Of a stretch of DNA of 64,000 nt, positions 61,708 through 64,000 are shown piece after piece. The position numbers and the translations under genes were made by a program. The stretch spans positions 18,290,001 through 18,354,000 of the forward strand of contig CM120642.1 in NCBI GenBank assembly GCA_051362555.1. The letters are read 5' to 3'. Each line of letters begins with the position of its first letter. Positions within the stretch are counted from its first letter, which is position 1. The stretch is from Lingula anatina. Its lineage: Eukaryota > Animalia > Brachiopoda. The notes under the pieces are model-generated. The model saw only the letters and a program-made list of their open reading frames with translations, had not been told where the DNA came from and did no database searches.

Positions 61708-63598
61708 AATAACTGTTTATGTACAGATTATTTCGTATATCTCAATTGTACATAGTTTACTTGGTATTAATATTGTGATGATAACATTTGAGTTTATTTT
61801 CAGCTAGCATGCCTTAATCAATATACCAGTATAGGATTTCACTATGACAAAGTCTCATTACACGTACTAATTGATCTTATTGCTTTATATATATATATTG
61901 CACAGATTTGGGCAAAACAGATTGCAAGACATCTGTTCGTGCAATTATAGGTTGGATGAACATTGATAGAGATGATGCTGTGTAAAACAATTAAATGATC
62001 TTTTTTGACATTGAAAAAATGTCAAGAACAAATATTTAAAGGATAATGTATGCAGAGGTTTGCAATATATGAAAAGTCTTATTCCTAATATATATATAAA
62101 GAAGAACTAATATTAGTGGGTAGGCTTATTGGATCTTTGCATTGAGCTTAGGGAATATGATTTTTGGTCAGCTACCAGATTTTAATGGCCTGATTTCAAA
62201 GCTTTCAATTACAGAAGATGTAGGGTAAAGCACAAGAACCAAAATGTAATAGGCGGAAGTAATAAGTGATTTCATATTTAACTTAAGATTTTAATTTACT
62301 GATTTGAATGTCATCAAATAATCTTAATGGCTCATTACAATATTCAGCTGCAGAGTTGTAAATGTCGTTTGCCAATATATCTTTGATAAAAACATTGTCA
62401 GAAAACCAGTGATACTTCAGATCTATGTAAAAAAAAAGATGCATGCCGATTGGTCACAATTGTCGTGTCGTTTTGTTATGGTTGTCGTGATTGGTCAAAT
62501 GTTAAAATGTTTATATGTTGATTCTCGCGTGCAATGGTTAACTTTTAAAGATGGACACGGAAGAAGGAACTAGAAGTCCTGACAGTAGATTTAATGTGTT
62601 TGAAATTGTATCTAATTATTTATATAGTATAGTATTGAATTTATTACGACGTTAGCGTGAATAACGCCAGCAACGCTGGTATTCTACACTAAATAGAACG
62701 ACTCCAATGGAAATGTATGATGCGTTTACTTTAATTGTCAGTTGAATGGTATACGTTGTTGAGTGATTTGTGAATTATATACTTGAAAATTATAAAAGGT
62801 TGAAAGAGGTCGCCACTTTTTTCATGAAGCTCGGAAAGTAGTTTTGTTGTAGACGTTATGCATTGCGATAAACCTACATCCAAAAGAAATTACATGGATT
62901 ATTATCGTTATAAGTACCAATGTTATTCAAGCTCAATTGGCCCATGCTCTCGCTGTTAATAACGGTGGGGTTGATATTGTGGCAAATCGATTGATTGATT
63001 AAACGGATCCTATTGTTGCACTTTTGTTGATTTATGATATATGATATTCTGAGTAATAAATTGTCACATCATCGAAATGGCGTTTAGTTTTATGTATCAA
63101 GTTTGGTACATATTTTCTGTTATTATATTAACAATTCTGTTAAAGAATTGTTCCAGTTTGACTATTCACTATCCCCTGCCCATCTGAGACTATTGAATTC
63201 TACCGGTGTCATGTGCAAGGTCCGGTGTAACGTGACTGATAGTCCCCTCCCCTATGATAGAGAGTCCGCTTCCCATTCATTTATACAGGCAACCCTCGCC
63301 CTAGATTTTGACCCACTTAAGTCGGGCTAACCCTAACCTTTGTAACTAAAAGAAGGGGGGACTTTCTGTTACACGGACCGTCAGTTTCGTTACACCGGTT
63401 TCCATGGATTTAGAAAGCCCCGCCCTAGATTATACCCCACTCGACTCACTCTAACCCGTATGAATAAAATTTAGGACATCCTCTGTTAAAGAATTGGCCC
63501 ATCAGTTTCTTAACGTAACATAAATATATGCCTTCCATTGTTTTCCAAAATGAGTTTTGGGCCTCTTTGCATGTCGACCATCTAATACTAGTCATCCT

Positions 63599-63638
<40 letters not shown>

Positions 63639-64000
63639 GACAATGACGGTGTTACTGAAAAGTTGGCTGATCGTCTCACTGTTGTAAATACAGGGTGTAC
63701 AAAGTTTGGCCGACATCATTTCAATGGCTGAGCTCTAATTATGGGAACAGATACAATGTATACACATTTCTTAATCAAAAGTGGTACCGCACACACGTAT
63801 CATTGAAGAAAGGGCGGCAAATTCAAGAAAAAAATATAGCTATATAACGTCTCTCAAGTTCCTGTTTGCGTATTCTGATCTGAGAAACAGACTGGGTACA
63901 TTTTTAATGACCTTCGAGTTGCCGGGTAGAAGATACCTCGTGTTATCTTTTTCCTAAATGTAGGTACACACGATCCAAGTCATAGACCACTGATTTGATT
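61708..64000 (+). repeat. Start of a third duplication unit
   Basis: Near-identical to 1-2035 apart from a 249-bp insertion. Confidence 0.96.
63674..63922. mobile_element. 249-bp insertion unique to unit 3, origin unclear
   Basis: Interrupts gctgatcg|ggtagaag (intact at ~1955 and ~42673), with CG repeated on both sides. No TIR. Contains a TA-CAGGGTGT motif like a Tc1/mariner end. Confidence 0.55.

Overview
AT-rich, intron-containing animal genomic DNA, probably a mollusc or other lophotrochozoan (inferred from the repeat families and gene content). The window is a head-to-tail tandem segmental duplication: unit 1 is about 1-40704, unit 2 about 40705-61707, and unit 3 starts at 61708. Each complete unit carries (i) an intact 8-exon gene for a secreted signal peptide-LamG/pentraxin-like-VWA-(EGF)n protein, about 2030 aa with 42 EGF modules in unit 1 and about 1651 aa with 32 in unit 2, and (ii) a 5'-truncated, decaying 3' fragment of SEC16. 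The paralogs differ in the higher-order arrangement of 114-bp EGF modules within one giant exon, and in clustered amino-acid changes in the LamG-like domain. Unit 1 alone carries about 17 kb of transposon insertions whose empty sites can be read in unit 2: an Academ-like element with a nested Kolobok (THAP transposase remnant plus P2X7-ballast-like KolX), a Tc1, a TTA-TSD MITE, an IS3EU-like MITE and two inverted Helentron/HINE copies. Most ORFs in the supplied track are shadow or intronic ORFs. No rRNA, tRNA or CRISPR array was seen.
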